Of a stretch of 64,000 nucleotides of DNA, positions 12,001 through 23,650 are shown in pieces. How positions within the stretch are numbered: the first letter of the stretch is position 1; the number at the start of each line of letters is the position of its first letter. Under the pieces are notes generated by a model that was not told where the DNA came from, did not search any database, and saw only the letters and a program-made list of their open reading frames with translations. This DNA comes from Azolla caroliniana (taxonomy: Eukaryota > Plantae > Polypodiophyta): assembly GCA_043228905.1 (NCBI GenBank), contig JBHGNT010000007.1, positions 13,268,001 to 13,332,000 on the forward strand, in the 5' to 3' direction. The position numbers and the translations under genes were made by a program.

Positions 12001-15000
12001 CACATGCTCTACATCCGGAAATCTTCGGGGGGCTCTTCTCTCTCGGAGAAGATATCTCTGTCCTTGGTTTCTGACTGCTAGTTACAATGTTTGTTTCGAA
12101 TCTGAATCCGATTCAGAATCTTGTCCGGTTCTGGTGTCTTCTTCTTCTTCTTCGTTTTCTTCTTCGGTCGGTTCAGATTCCTGTCCGTATCCGGCCGGTT
12201 CGTCGAATGTCATCCAGTTACCAACTAACATCCGGTTTTCAACCGGGTAGGTCCTTCTGCCCTCTGGTCGGTTTTCATTGGATGATCCGAAGTTGATCAT
12301 CTTCTTCTCTGACTCCTAGTTGGCAATGGTCTTGTCTTCCATGCAGACTTTGTCCCGACTCCGGAACACCTTCTTGTCTACCAGATCCCACACCCGGTAA
12401 CCGAACTCATCATCGCCGTATCTAAGGAACATGCATGGCCTAGACTTCGAATCCAACTTTGCTCTCTTGTCCTTCGCCACATGCACGTAGGCAAGACACC
12501 CGAACGCTATTAGATACCAATAGGATACATCTTTACTACTCCCTAGGTCGTCGTCATCAGCGCCTCAGCCCAAAACGTCTTGGGTAACTTTGCATGTGCT
12601 AGCATGCTCTAGACTCTCTCCATTATGGTCCAATTCATCCTTTCAGCCAGCCCGTTTAGTTCCGGCGTCTTGGGCACAGTAAACTTGAGCTAGATTCCCT
12701 TCGACCGACAGTACTACTCCAAATGCGCCCAGTATTCTCCTCCATTATCTGCTCGAACCACCTTCAGCTTCCGGCCGGTTTCACTTTCTACTCTCGCGTG
12801 GAGCTCCTTGAAGACAGATAGCACCTGATACTTCGTCTTCAATGATGAGACCCATAGCTTCCGGCTGTGGTAACCTATGAATGTCACAAAGTACTGCGAT
12901 CCGGCATGTGACTTCGTGTCAACTTGACACACATCGGTATGCACCATCTCCAGTGGTGCATTCCGTCGCATCAGTGGTCTTGACCGGAAGGAGGTTTGGT
13001 TTTGCAAGCCGACCAAGCAATCCGTGCACTTCTCAAGTTGCACTCCCTTTACCGTAATGAGGTTGTGTTTGGCAAGCCTCTTCATCCCCTTCTCACTCAT
13101 GTGACACAGTCTTTTGTGCCACAACTCATTGGCAGTGTCGGATGCTATGTTCACTTCTTCCTGGAATATCCCGGCATTCATCAAGTACAATGTGTTGACC
13201 TTCCGGGCTTGAGCCACTATCAAGCTTCCCTTACTGAACTTCATAACTCCGTTCTGGATGCTACCCGTGTAGCCTTCATAATCTAGCCAACCGGTTGATA
13301 TCAGGTTCAGTCCAACCTTCGGAACGTGTTGGACATCCTTCAGGAGCAATTTGCATCCGGTTGATGTTGTCAACAACACATCTCCTATGCTGATAATTCA
13401 GCATATACGTTCATTCCTCATCCGGATAGAACCACGATCACCGACTGAGTAGGATGAGAAGCATTTCCAATCCGGTGTCAGGTGAAACGACGCTCCAAAA
13501 TCGACAACCCACGTTGTCTCATTGCTGAAAGGGTTTAACTCATTCTCTTCGGTAATGAGCATCAGTTCTTCTTCACTTGTTGCGATCGCCGACGTTCCCT
13601 TCTGATTTGGGCCTCTCCGGTCCGAACCGTTTCGGTCCGAACTCTTCTTCGAATCGGTGCTTCCAGTTTCTTTCTCTTTCCGGAAATGCCGAGAGTTCTT
13701 TTGGAAGTGTCCCGGCTTCCCACACTAGAAGAAAGTGGGGCTCCCCCTTGACTTCGACATCGTCCCCGATTTGTCCTGGTTTTGGGGACTCCGATACCAG
13801 CCTCTTCCCTGGTTGTGGTCATCTTTCGTGACCAAGGCCTTCGGATCGGTTCCGGACTCCCGGTCCTTAGGGCGAGCTTCTTCATCTAGCAAGCCTAATT
13901 TTACCCTGGCTAGGTACAATTGTTTTCCTTCCGGCCCAACGTTCCCAACGTGACAACTAACGTATCCCAGCTATCTAGGAGGGAACCGAGTAGGAGCAAT
14001 GCGAGTACCTCATCGGCGAGAGGTACTTCCAATGAGGTTACCTGGTGGATCAATCCCTGGAAGGCTTTCATGTGCTCCGCCATACTGGAGCCGTCCTAGT
14101 ACCGGAGCCTCACTAGCTTTCGGAATATCGAAACCCAATTAACGACATTCTTGTTCTGGAACATGATACTGATCTTCTCCCAAAGTTCATGAGCCTTGCT
14201 GTCTTCATTGAAGTTGTTGTACAAGCTCATATCGATGAAGCACCAAATGTATGTCGTCGTCTTCATGTGCATCACCTCCCACACTGTGGCATCGATCTTA
14301 TTTGGTCTCTTGTCCCCGAACTGAACCGGCAACCAAAGATCTTTGACCACCAGCATATCCCTCATCTTCGACTTTCACACTGAGTAGTTGGAGCCGGTGA
14401 GCTTGAACATGCCGCTGAACGATTCTTCCATTTCCCGTGTTATTCGCTCTGATACCAATTTGATGAGAATGGCACGGAATATTGCTTGGCCACAACCAAG
14501 TCTTGAACACTTCTTTGAGAATGAAAACACAGAAATAGGAAGTGGAGAGTACACAAAGGAAATTCACAGGATGTTTACGTGGAAAACCCTGAATGGGAAA
14601 AACCACGGGACCCCACAGACTTCAACTATCACTATGAAGAAAAAGAGGGTACAAGCAGAGACTCCGAGGCAACGACCTCGAGCTCTGTATCTTCACCAAA
14701 CGGCGGTTACAACAGAGTATTTCTCTGTATCTCACATTGTCTCTCTGTCACTCTCTCTCTCTCTAGACTACAATATGACAATAACAACAACCACCACAGA
14801 GTGATTGCCCTAAGTCATATTTATCCTTATATGAACTTAGGGCTATTTACAAATATAGGCTCAATAGGCTTACTCAAAACATATTTACAGATATGTCTTC
14901 TCTTCTGGTTTTCACCGGCTCTCTTCCAGTTCTCACCGGTTCTCCTCCGGTTTCCAGATCTCTTCCGGTTCTCACCGGGTGCTCTTTATTCATCACCGGA

Positions 15001-16790
15001 TCCCATCCGGAGAGACTGATTTCCCAACACTACATCATCTTGTTCGGAGCCAAGGGCTTAAGCTAGTGACAACGAGGATACACCCAAGTAAAACATGAGC
15101 TTTGGGGTATTGTGTCTGCAGTGAAGGCGGATAAAGATTACCTAATTGGGTCAGAGGTGGTAATAGAGACTGATTGCCTTCCAATCCTAGGAATGGTTTC
15201 GGGATGTGCAACACTTGGCTTAGCTATGCTAAGATGGATTGCTTACATCAAATCAGTGAACCCAGAGATTTGCCACATTTCATGGAAGAACAATGCCATG
15301 GTAGATATGCTATCGAGGGCAAGATTCGATGGCAAAAGCGACATGGTGTCTAAAGATGAGGATGTCGCTCTTGACTTCTTTAAGACGACCCAAGCGTCTA
15401 TAGATGATCGAGATGTGCGAGTACTCCACGCCTTCAACGAAAGTGTATACGAAGGGTAGTGGCTACACATTGGCAAGTTCTTAAGCTCAATGACGGTGGA
15501 TAGTTCATGGTCGAAGGAGGAAGCTCAGAGAGTCCGAAAGAAAGTGTACAAGTACTTCCTACGAGGGGGATTCCTCTGGAGGCATCCGAAGAGAAGGATG
15601 GGGACACCACAACGAGTGGTCATAAAGGAAGAGGACCAAACGACATTGGTGTCTGAGTTTCATGAGAGTCCTTGGGCGGGCCATAGAGGAACGTGGGCAA
15701 CATTCAAGAAGTTAAAGGAGAAGTATTGGTGGGTGGGAATGTACAAGGATATCGCCCATTTCATGGGGATGTGTGAAAGCTACCAGATACACTCAAACAT
15801 ACGCCATAGGGATGAGTTGTAACCCGACCTACCCACTCACCATACACTTCAAATGGATGGTGGCTTTGGTTTCGATGCCGATGGGAGTGGGACAAATGAA
15901 ATATTTGGTGCTAGCAAGAGAAGACCTAACAAACCAAGTAAAAGGGCAAAACAAAATGACGGCGGGGGTGTGTAAATTCTTACTCGAGGATGTCATCTGC
16001 TGGTACGGATGTGGGAAAGATAGAGACCGGCAGAGGAGAGTTGAATGCTTACCAAGCTATAGAGCTCTTTGAACGACTTGGAGTGAAGCTCTCTCTCATG
16101 ACCGCCTATAACCCGGAGGCTAATGGAAAGATAGAACGCGGACACGGGCCTATCGTAAAAGCCATTGTAAGAGCTTGTGATGAGCGAGTCGGGAACTAGC
16201 CTCAAGGTTACTACCTTATGCCTTGTGGGCCGACAGAACAACTCATAGCTCAGTTACAAGTTTCATGCCACCTGAACTCATGTATGGACAAAAGCCAGTG
16301 AGGCCCATTGAAGACACGATCGCGTCATGGGTAGCGATGACGTGGGAAAACGAGATGAGTCAAGAAGAGTTTCTAGCAACAAGGATAAGGCAACTTAACA
16401 GAAGACCCGAAGACTTGGAGTTGGCAAAGGAGAGGTTAGAAGCGGCTAGGCTAAGTAACAAAGCCCGGTTCGACAAGACACACCCCGACTACGCCCTTGG
16501 AAGATCGAAGAAGGAGACTCGATGATTGTGTATGATAGCAGTCTTGACAATCAACGTAGCTCAATGCGCAAATTCGTAAAGTGATGATTTGGTGTGTACG
16601 TGGTAACGAGTGCAAACCATAATGCCACCTACCACCGCGCTGAACTCGATGGGACTAAGTTGGCAGTACCAATAGCAGGGAAGCATGTCAAAATCTTCAA
16701 ACCGACATGACAAGGAGCCAAACCTCACTGACCTTAACAAAGATAAAGGTGAGCAAACAACAAGCCATGGGGTCAATGAGGAGGAGGAAA
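6073..16790 (+). pseudogene. gag-pol of element A (interrupted by Copia C)
   Basis: CCHC CMWCNNPDHLQSEC; protease LIDHGSEINLM near 7807; RT GDLYSGYDQF...LPQG...FLDD (9077-9706); RNase H IETDC...LRWIAYI (15112-15459); integrase HRGTWATF and AYNPEANGKIERGH. Many stops and frameshifts. Confidence 0.92.
9863..15029 (-). mobile_element. Full-length Ty1/Copia element C (degenerate gag-pol)
   Basis: LTRs 14461-15029 and 9863-10411; PBS GCTCTGATACCA at 14446-14457 (tRNA-iMet); PPT at 10412-10428; TSD CTACG/CTACA; gag from 14431; integrase LWHKRLCHMSEKG; RT QLDVKTAFLHG...LYGLKQ...YVDN; RNase H TKHIQRRYHW. Confidence 0.96.
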
Positions 16791-16900
16791 TGAACTATTG
16801 ATCATCCTCAACCCGCCTTTCTTGGACACAACGGAGGATGTGCGGTTTGGTGGGGGTGGATGTCGTGATGTGGCATGCTCGAGAGTAGGAAAAACCAGCG

Positions 16901-17043
16901 AAAGGGGGGGGTCAAAATGTGCATGTGCAATGTGTGTGCACATGCAAAAGAAAAGGGAAAAGAAAGGGTAGAAAGGGGGGGGGTCAAAATGTGCATGTGC
17001 AATGTGTGTGCACATGCAAAAGAAAAGGGAAAAGAAAGGGTAG
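16901..17043. repeat. ~71-bp tandem duplication in U3 of the A 3' LTR
   Basis: AAAG(G)nTCAAAATGTGCATGTGCAATGTGTGTGCACATGCAAAAGAAAAGGGAAAAGAAAGGGTAG occurs twice here and once in the 5' LTR. Confidence 0.9.
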
Positions 17044-17801
17044 AAAGGAGGTATAGAAGCTCGTGTAAAAAGTAAGAGAGAGGAGAGATAAAAAGTAGAG
17101 GGGAGACAGGCTATGAATTTGTAGATTTAGAATTATACATTATATGAGAGAGAGTTAATGGATTAGTGGATAGTCATATTGACTTCTAGCTAGAGGTGCA
17201 TGGTTCAAATTCTGTCTTACAATGTAGCGTAATTTAAGGAATTTTATTCCTTTTTCATTAAAGACAAAATTGGCGACCCCCCTTCTTTTTTTCCTATAAA
17301 AGGAGGTCAAGGGGGCCTCATTAGAGGGGACGTTTTGGGAGGAGGAGACTATCACTATTTTTCCTTCAGAGTTGTTCATCACTTCTCTTCATCTCATACC
17401 CCTTCATCCCCTCATCGCCATGTGCTCGTCTTCTTCGCGTTGGCACTTGAAGTGCTCATTTACGGTGCTTGTGAGCTCGAGCTTCGTTGGCTCGACGTTG
17501 CTTCACCCCGTTCTTCATTGCAAGCCTGTGTGCTCATCGTTTGGGTGGTCATGGTTCGTTGGTGTCATCATTTTTGTGGTGCTCGTGTGTTTGTCTTCGT
17601 TGTGTTCGGATTTGCTCTTGTCTCTAAGGGCATTTAGTATTTTTGTTTTATTGAGCTTGTGGTTAACTAGAAGTTGCCACATTGTAATCAAACCCTATTT
17701 TATAAAGGGCCCTCTTGTGTTGGAATTGAACACGTATTTATTTCTTTAGCCAATATTATTCGTGCTTTTTCTTTCTTTCTTTCTTTCTTTGTTCTCGTCC
17801 A

Positions 17802-19265
17802 CTTGTACGTTCGGCCCTCTTGAGACGAGGGAGCGTTTCAAGCGTGCCCATGCACCTCTCCTCCTCATAAAGGCATACAAGCATTCTTGCGTGTGTTTGT
17901 GTCTTCCTTTTACGTTCGGCCGTCTTGTGACGAGGGAGCGTTTCGGGCGTGCCCATGCACCTCTCCTCCTCATAAAGGCGTACGAGTATTTTATGCGTGT
18001 GTTTGTGTAGATTCCTTGTACGTTCAACCGTCTTATGACGAGGGAGCATTTCGGGCGTGCCCATGCACCTCTCCTCATAAAGACGTACGAGCATTTGTGT
18101 GTGTGTTTGTGTCTTCCTTGTACGTTCGGTCGTCTTGTGACAAGGGAGCGTTTCGGGCGTGCCCATGCACCTCTCCTCCTCATAAAGGCATACGAGCATT
18201 TTGTGCGTGTGTTGGTGTCCTCCTTGTATGTTCGGCCGTTTTGTGACGAGGGAGCGTTTCGGGCGTGCCCATGAACCTCTCCTCCTCATAAAGACGTACG
18301 TGCATTTTATGTGTGTGTTTGTGTAGATTCCTTGTACGTTCGGCCGTCTTGTGACGAGGGAGCGTTTCAAGCGTGCCCATGCACCTCTCCTCCTCATAAA
18401 GGCGTACGAGTATTCTATGCGTGTGTTTGTGTAGATTCCTTGTACATTCTGCCGTCTTGTGACAAAGGAGCGTTTCGGGCATGCGCATGCACCTCTCCTC
18501 ATAAAGGCGTACGAGCATTTTATGCGTGTGTTTGTGTCTTCCTTGTACGTTCGGTCGTCTTGTGACAAGGGAGGGTTCAGGCGTGCGCATGCACCTCTCC
18601 TCCTCATGAAGGCGTACGAGCATTTTATGTGTGTGTTTATGTCTTCCTTGTACGTTTGGTCGTCTTGTGACGAGGGAGCGTTCGGGCGTCTACATGCACC
18701 TCTCCTCCTCATAAAGGCGTACGAGCATTTTATGCGTGTGTTTGTGTCTTCCTTGTACGTTCGGTCGTCTTGTGACGAGGGAGAATTTGGGCGTGCCCAT
18801 GCACCTCTCCTCCTCATAAAGGCGTACGAGTATTCTATGTGTGTGTTTGTGTAGATTCCTTGTACATTCTGCCGTCTTGTGACGAAGGAGCGTTTCGGGC
18901 GTGCACATGCACCTCTCCTCCTCATAAAGGCGTACGAGCATTTTATGCGTGTGTTTGTGTCTTCCTTGTACGTTCGATCGTCTTGTGACGAGGGAGCATT
19001 CGGGCGTGCGCATGCACCTCTCCTCCTCATAAAGGCGTACGAGCATTTTATGTGTGTGTTTATGTCTTCCTTGTACGTTCGGTCGTCTTGTGACGAGGGA
19101 GCGTTCGGGCGTGCGCATGCACCTCTCCTCCTCATAAAGGCGTACAAGAATTTGTGCGTGTGTTTTGTGTCTTTCTTGTACGTTTGACGACAAGACGAGG
19201 GAGCGTTCGAGCATGCCCATGCACCTCGTCTCCTTATTAAGACGTACGTGCATTCGTGTTTGTGT
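17802..19265. repeat. 14-copy ~102-108-bp tandem array inside the 3' LTR of A
   Basis: Unit CTTGTACGTTCGGCCGTCTTGTGACGAGGGAGCG...GCACCTCTCCTCCTCATAAAGGCGTACGAG... starts at 17802, 17907, 18015, 18117, 18223, 18331, 18439, 18542, 18647, 18752, 18859, 18965, 19070 and 19175. One copy in the 5' LTR (~5635-5730). Confidence 0.97.
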
Positions 19266-20067
19266 TATTGTCCCCTTGTGCGTTCATCTTGCATGCTCAT
19301 CTTTGCTTGTACTCCTTTCATCACTTGGCTAATGGTTCTCGAAAACTTGACGAGTCGTGATCAACGAAAGCCACCAGCCCCACAAAAGGGGCAACGAGCC
19401 CTTACTCGAGAAGGGGTCGGGAAGTAGTATTTGTTAACTGGCCGGCAAGGAAGTCCAGAATAGAAGAAGGGAATAATTAATAACCGGGAGTTGATTATAT
19501 ATATATAGAATTATTATAAGCGAACGGACGGACCTAGAATCGGTATGCCGATCCGGATCCTGACCGGTTCGTAGCCGGTTGCCGGTTGGCACCGGTTTGT
19601 ACCTAGAGCCGGAGACCTATAAAAGGGCCTGGTGAGATTGTAATCATTAGCCGATAATTAATAGAGTGTTATTGTTTTGTATCTTAGTCATTGTTAATTA
19701 CCGTTCTGTGCTAAGTGTAATTTATCCTACACGTGTATTGTGACTAATAATCTTGCCGCTTAATAACCAATTAGGGTTTCATTAATAGTCGGTCTAACTT
19801 TATCTCACTGCAACACCCCTTTGGTGAAGTGTCTCAAAGGGACAACCTGTGATAGGCCATTGTCAGGACCTAGCGATAACACAGTTTTTGGCGACCACGA
19901 TTCCTGCACAAACGCAGCGAACAATGGCGGGCATGGATGACTAGACCAACAAACAACCCGATTACGGAGCAAGCGAGAAGACTTGCCGAAAGATTGCGAA
20001 AGCAAGAGGCTTTCCAGCAGGCGGTAGAAGATCGGTCATTTTCCAAAGTAATCCAGCGAGTGGCTAC

Positions 20068-20773
20068 TGTCGTAGTGTAATCCGGATGGGACAAGGAGGA
20101 ATTGGTAAGGAGGACCCGGTAAGGAGACCCGGTAAGAACCGGATCGAGCAGAACAAGCAAGAGCTGGATAAAGAAGGCTAGTGAGAGTCTCTCATTGGAT
20201 GAAGAGACAAATTTGTAAAATAGAAGAAAATATTTATTACGGAGATAGGGCAGGTTTCGAACCCTATACCTCCACATAGATAAACCCTAACCTTCCATTG
20301 TACTAACTTATCCTAAGTGTTCTAAATATAGATTTAATACGTATAAGACCTTTATTTACGCCTACCTTTATTAAAAGGTAATTCATGCATTTTTAGAATG
20401 CGTGAATACTTTATTTATAAGAAAAATGTACACCAATAAAAAATTACTCATGCACATTTAGTGTGCATGAACACTTTAGAAAAAGCATGAAGCTATGCTT
20501 AGCCTCTTGCACCATTATATAAGGAGGAGAGAAAGATGTATAGGTTGTTGATTTTTTTACAAGGATTCATTAATCTAAAATATTCGTGGGATTCACGAGT
20601 TTATCCTCAAAATTCTCTTTCTTACAATCTAAATATTGATCAAATACACTAAACACGTGGGAATTCACAAGTTTTACTTCTTACTTCCCTTTCTACCTAT
20701 TCATAACTAGCCTTATATTGTATTCTTCTTTCTCCTAGTCCAAAACCTCAGTGCTTCCCACCTAACTCACGCA
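20068..20773 (+). mobile_element. Solo LTR (Trp-primed Gypsy family) in gag of B
   Basis: TGTCGTAGTG...CTCACGCA; TATATAA near 20515; U5 CTCCTAGTCCAAAACCTCAGTG similar to the A U5. Removing it restores the gag frame (VATRSG). No clear left TSD copy. Confidence 0.85.
20247..20313 (-). promoter_or_regulatory. tRNA-derived A-box/B-box cassette inside solo LTR
   Basis: Reverse complement ...TTAGTACAATGGAAGG...GGAGGTATAGGGTTCGAAACCTG; B box GGTTCGAAACC fits the consensus. Confidence 0.65.
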
Positions 20774-22102
20774 ACGATCCGGAGCCGAAAGGCACAACAC
20801 CGTAGAGTCACTCCGCGGGCAATAGAATTCCCAACCGGACGAAGGAAGCAGCTTGAGAAATCTCCAAGACACAGAATCCATTCTACAGGCACTAGCAACA
20901 AGGGGAGGCGATTCGGAACCGTTCTCGGATTTCGAATCGGATTCGGACGGCGAATGCAACGCCCATTCGAATTACCGTAGCATCCACGACACCCTAGACG
21001 GACCGGAGTACGAGCAGTCAGATACCTTGCCGACACCAGAACCAGAGTTAACAGAACTGGAAGCCCCAAACCGGCAAGTGGAGGAAAGACCTCCGACACC
21101 GAAAGAAGAGGAGGAAAGACCTACGACCCCGGAAGAAGAGGAGAAAAGACCTCTGACACCGAAAGAAGAGGAGGGGAGACCTCTGACACCACCAGCCCGT
21201 GTTCCGACACCAGATGACCACATGCCGTTCCAATATCCCAAGTACCGGAATGATCCGGACGTAGAAGCTCATGTTTATGCATTTCTACAAACATGGGAAG
21301 CAAACCACGTGTCGCAACGCTTGACCGCCCCTGAAGCGGAATGCTTGAAGATTGCAGAGTTCGGCACGACCTTGGAAGGACCTGCCGCACGATGGCGCTT
21401 GACGCACCCTCCCGGTACCATCATGAAGTTTGAGGACTTAAAAACAAGATTTTTACAGTTCTTCAACAAGGAGGTGGATCAACGGGAGATGGTCGACCTA
21501 TTCTACACCATACGGCACGAACCGACGAAAACCATTCAAAGTGAATGCACAACCAGCGAAATCAGGCACCACTAGAAGTAGAGGCTAAAGCAATATTTCT
21601 AGAAGCACTTTGGGAACCCCTGTGTATGGTGTGCGCAATGATTGATTTCCGCACCAGCACAATCGACCAAGTCATAGAACGAGTAAGGGAGATGGAGAAA
21701 ACAAGCTCGTGGCTAACAATGGGGTCCCTCCAATGTACATTACCGACAGAAGACGACCTACATTTTCGACAAGCTATACAATGTATGACTTGTCTCAATG
21801 TCGGGCACTCGGCAATAGAATGTACCATGCGGACACAGTGCATGTTATGCCATTCCAGGGCGCACACAATGGACCGATGCGAATATAACTTGTTGAACCA
21901 GCAAGCAGCACCGGTAAGGCAAATCGAACACCGGAGTAACCGGGAGGAGGAAGAAGAACGTCGACAGCGAGATGAGTGTTACCGGCCGGCGCAAGATGTC
22001 TGGCACAACGACAGAAAAGACGCTCACGACCAAGACCGGCAGGATAACTACTGGGATTACAACGGTGATTGATATGAACGATACAAGCGGGATCACTCCC
22101 GT

Positions 22103-22127
22103 GGTTTAGGGTTTAGGGTTTAGGGTT
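22103..22127 (+). repeat. Interstitial plant telomeric repeat (TTTAGGG)3
   Basis: GGTTTAGGGTTTAGGGTTTAGGGTT seen directly. Confidence 0.9.
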
Positions 22128-22910
22128 CAACAAAAAACGCTTCAACAAAAAATGGAACGCTAGAAAGGAGGCAAGTGCCCAACCGGACCAAGGCCAGGCA
22201 CCTAACCGACCACCAATAGAACCTCAACCGAGTACCGGAGCAAACGCTAAATCCAGCAACACCCGGAAAGCGTACTGCTACTATTGCCGGCAAGAAGGAC
22301 ATTACCATAATCAATGTCCGGTGAAAAGCTACGAGAAAAGACCAACCGTAAATATGGTGGTAGCAGAAATCGCCGACATACAACAAGTCACGACCAGGGC
22401 AAAAGGTAAAACAACGGAGTGGGAAACACATGAGGCAATCCGAAAGCAAGCCATCGAGTGGGTGAAAAGGCAAATGAGCAGAAGGTGGTTGAGCTTGAAC
22501 AACAAAAGGAGAAACCGGAAGAGGCCACAAACACGATTCAGCCAGAAAACCCAACATGGCAAGTGTTACAAGAATGTCAGATTACGCTGCCATTGGGTCA
22601 GTTATTACAGCTACTGCCCTGGTTTACGGAAGGGTTGAAATCAGGAATGACCACATCAATTCCGTTGCCGGCTCTTGCGTTCTTCTCAAACCCGAAAGAA
22701 GGGCCAACAGTGGTGGACACGAACAGTCCTGCAATCACCGCCATCGTCAAAGGACGAGAACTACCAGGGACGATTGTGGACGAAGGATCGGGCGTGAACA
22801 TGATCAGTCTACGGACTTGTAATACCCTGGGAATCCAAGAATGGGAGCCTTGCCCATTTTGGCTCTAGATGGCGGATACAAGTTCGGTAAGACCTACCGG
22901 TTTGATACGG

Positions 22911-23650
22911 TGTCGTAGTGTATTTCGTACACTATGTGAAAAACTTATAAAGTACCGATTTAATAAATATGAATAAATAGTAGAAAATATTAAAATATAT
23001 ATAACATGCATAGGGAAAGATTCAAACCTTGCACCTCCATGTTAATAATGTAATGTCTTACCATTACACTAGCATTTCATTAGTGTTCAAAAATAGATGT
23101 TCCATATAGAAAGCTTAGTTCACCTAGGATAAACTTTAGTTAAAAGAAAACGCATGCTAAAAGAAAAATCTACGCATGCACATCTAGCGTGCATGAACGC
23201 TATAGTTGATAAAAAACACACAAGTTAGAAAAAGCATGATCACTTTAGATAAAGCATATAGTCTATCTATAGGAAAAGCATGCAGTCTATAGTTAGAAAA
23301 AAAAAAAGCATGGACTCCCTCATCACTACATAAGGATGGGGAGCACAATGTAATAGGTGTGTGAAATATTTGGAAATTGGATATATTTCCGAAAACACCA
23401 ACCGATTAATATAATCGTGGGATTCACGAAAATAATATAATCTATACTTGTGGGATTCACAAGTTTCTTATATCTTTCTTTCAATCTAAATACATATTCT
23501 TATCTAAATATTGATTAATCGAATACAATACACTCGTGGGATTCACGAAATTTCTATCTCTCTTTCTAATAATCTATTCATTACTAGCCTCATCTCATAT
23601 TCTTCTTTCTCCTAGTCCAAAACCTCAGTGGTTCCCACCCGACTCACGCA
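22911..23650 (+). mobile_element. Solo LTR (Trp-primed Gypsy family) in protease of B
   Basis: TGTCGTAGTG...GACTCACGCA flanked by ACGG on both sides; removal restores GLIR-DLDVTIGG. Confidence 0.92.
23013..23075 (-). promoter_or_regulatory. tRNA-derived A-box/B-box cassette inside solo LTR
   Basis: Reverse complement CTAGTGTAATGGTAAGAC...GGAGGTGCAAGGTTTGAATCTTTCCC. Confidence 0.6.

Noticed and set aside
17756-19253. Long ORFs (up to 463 aa) and a CRISPR-like periodic look
   Set aside because: The ORFs are translations of the 106-bp tandem array. Whole units repeat with no unique spacers, the context is a eukaryotic LTR, and there are no cas genes.
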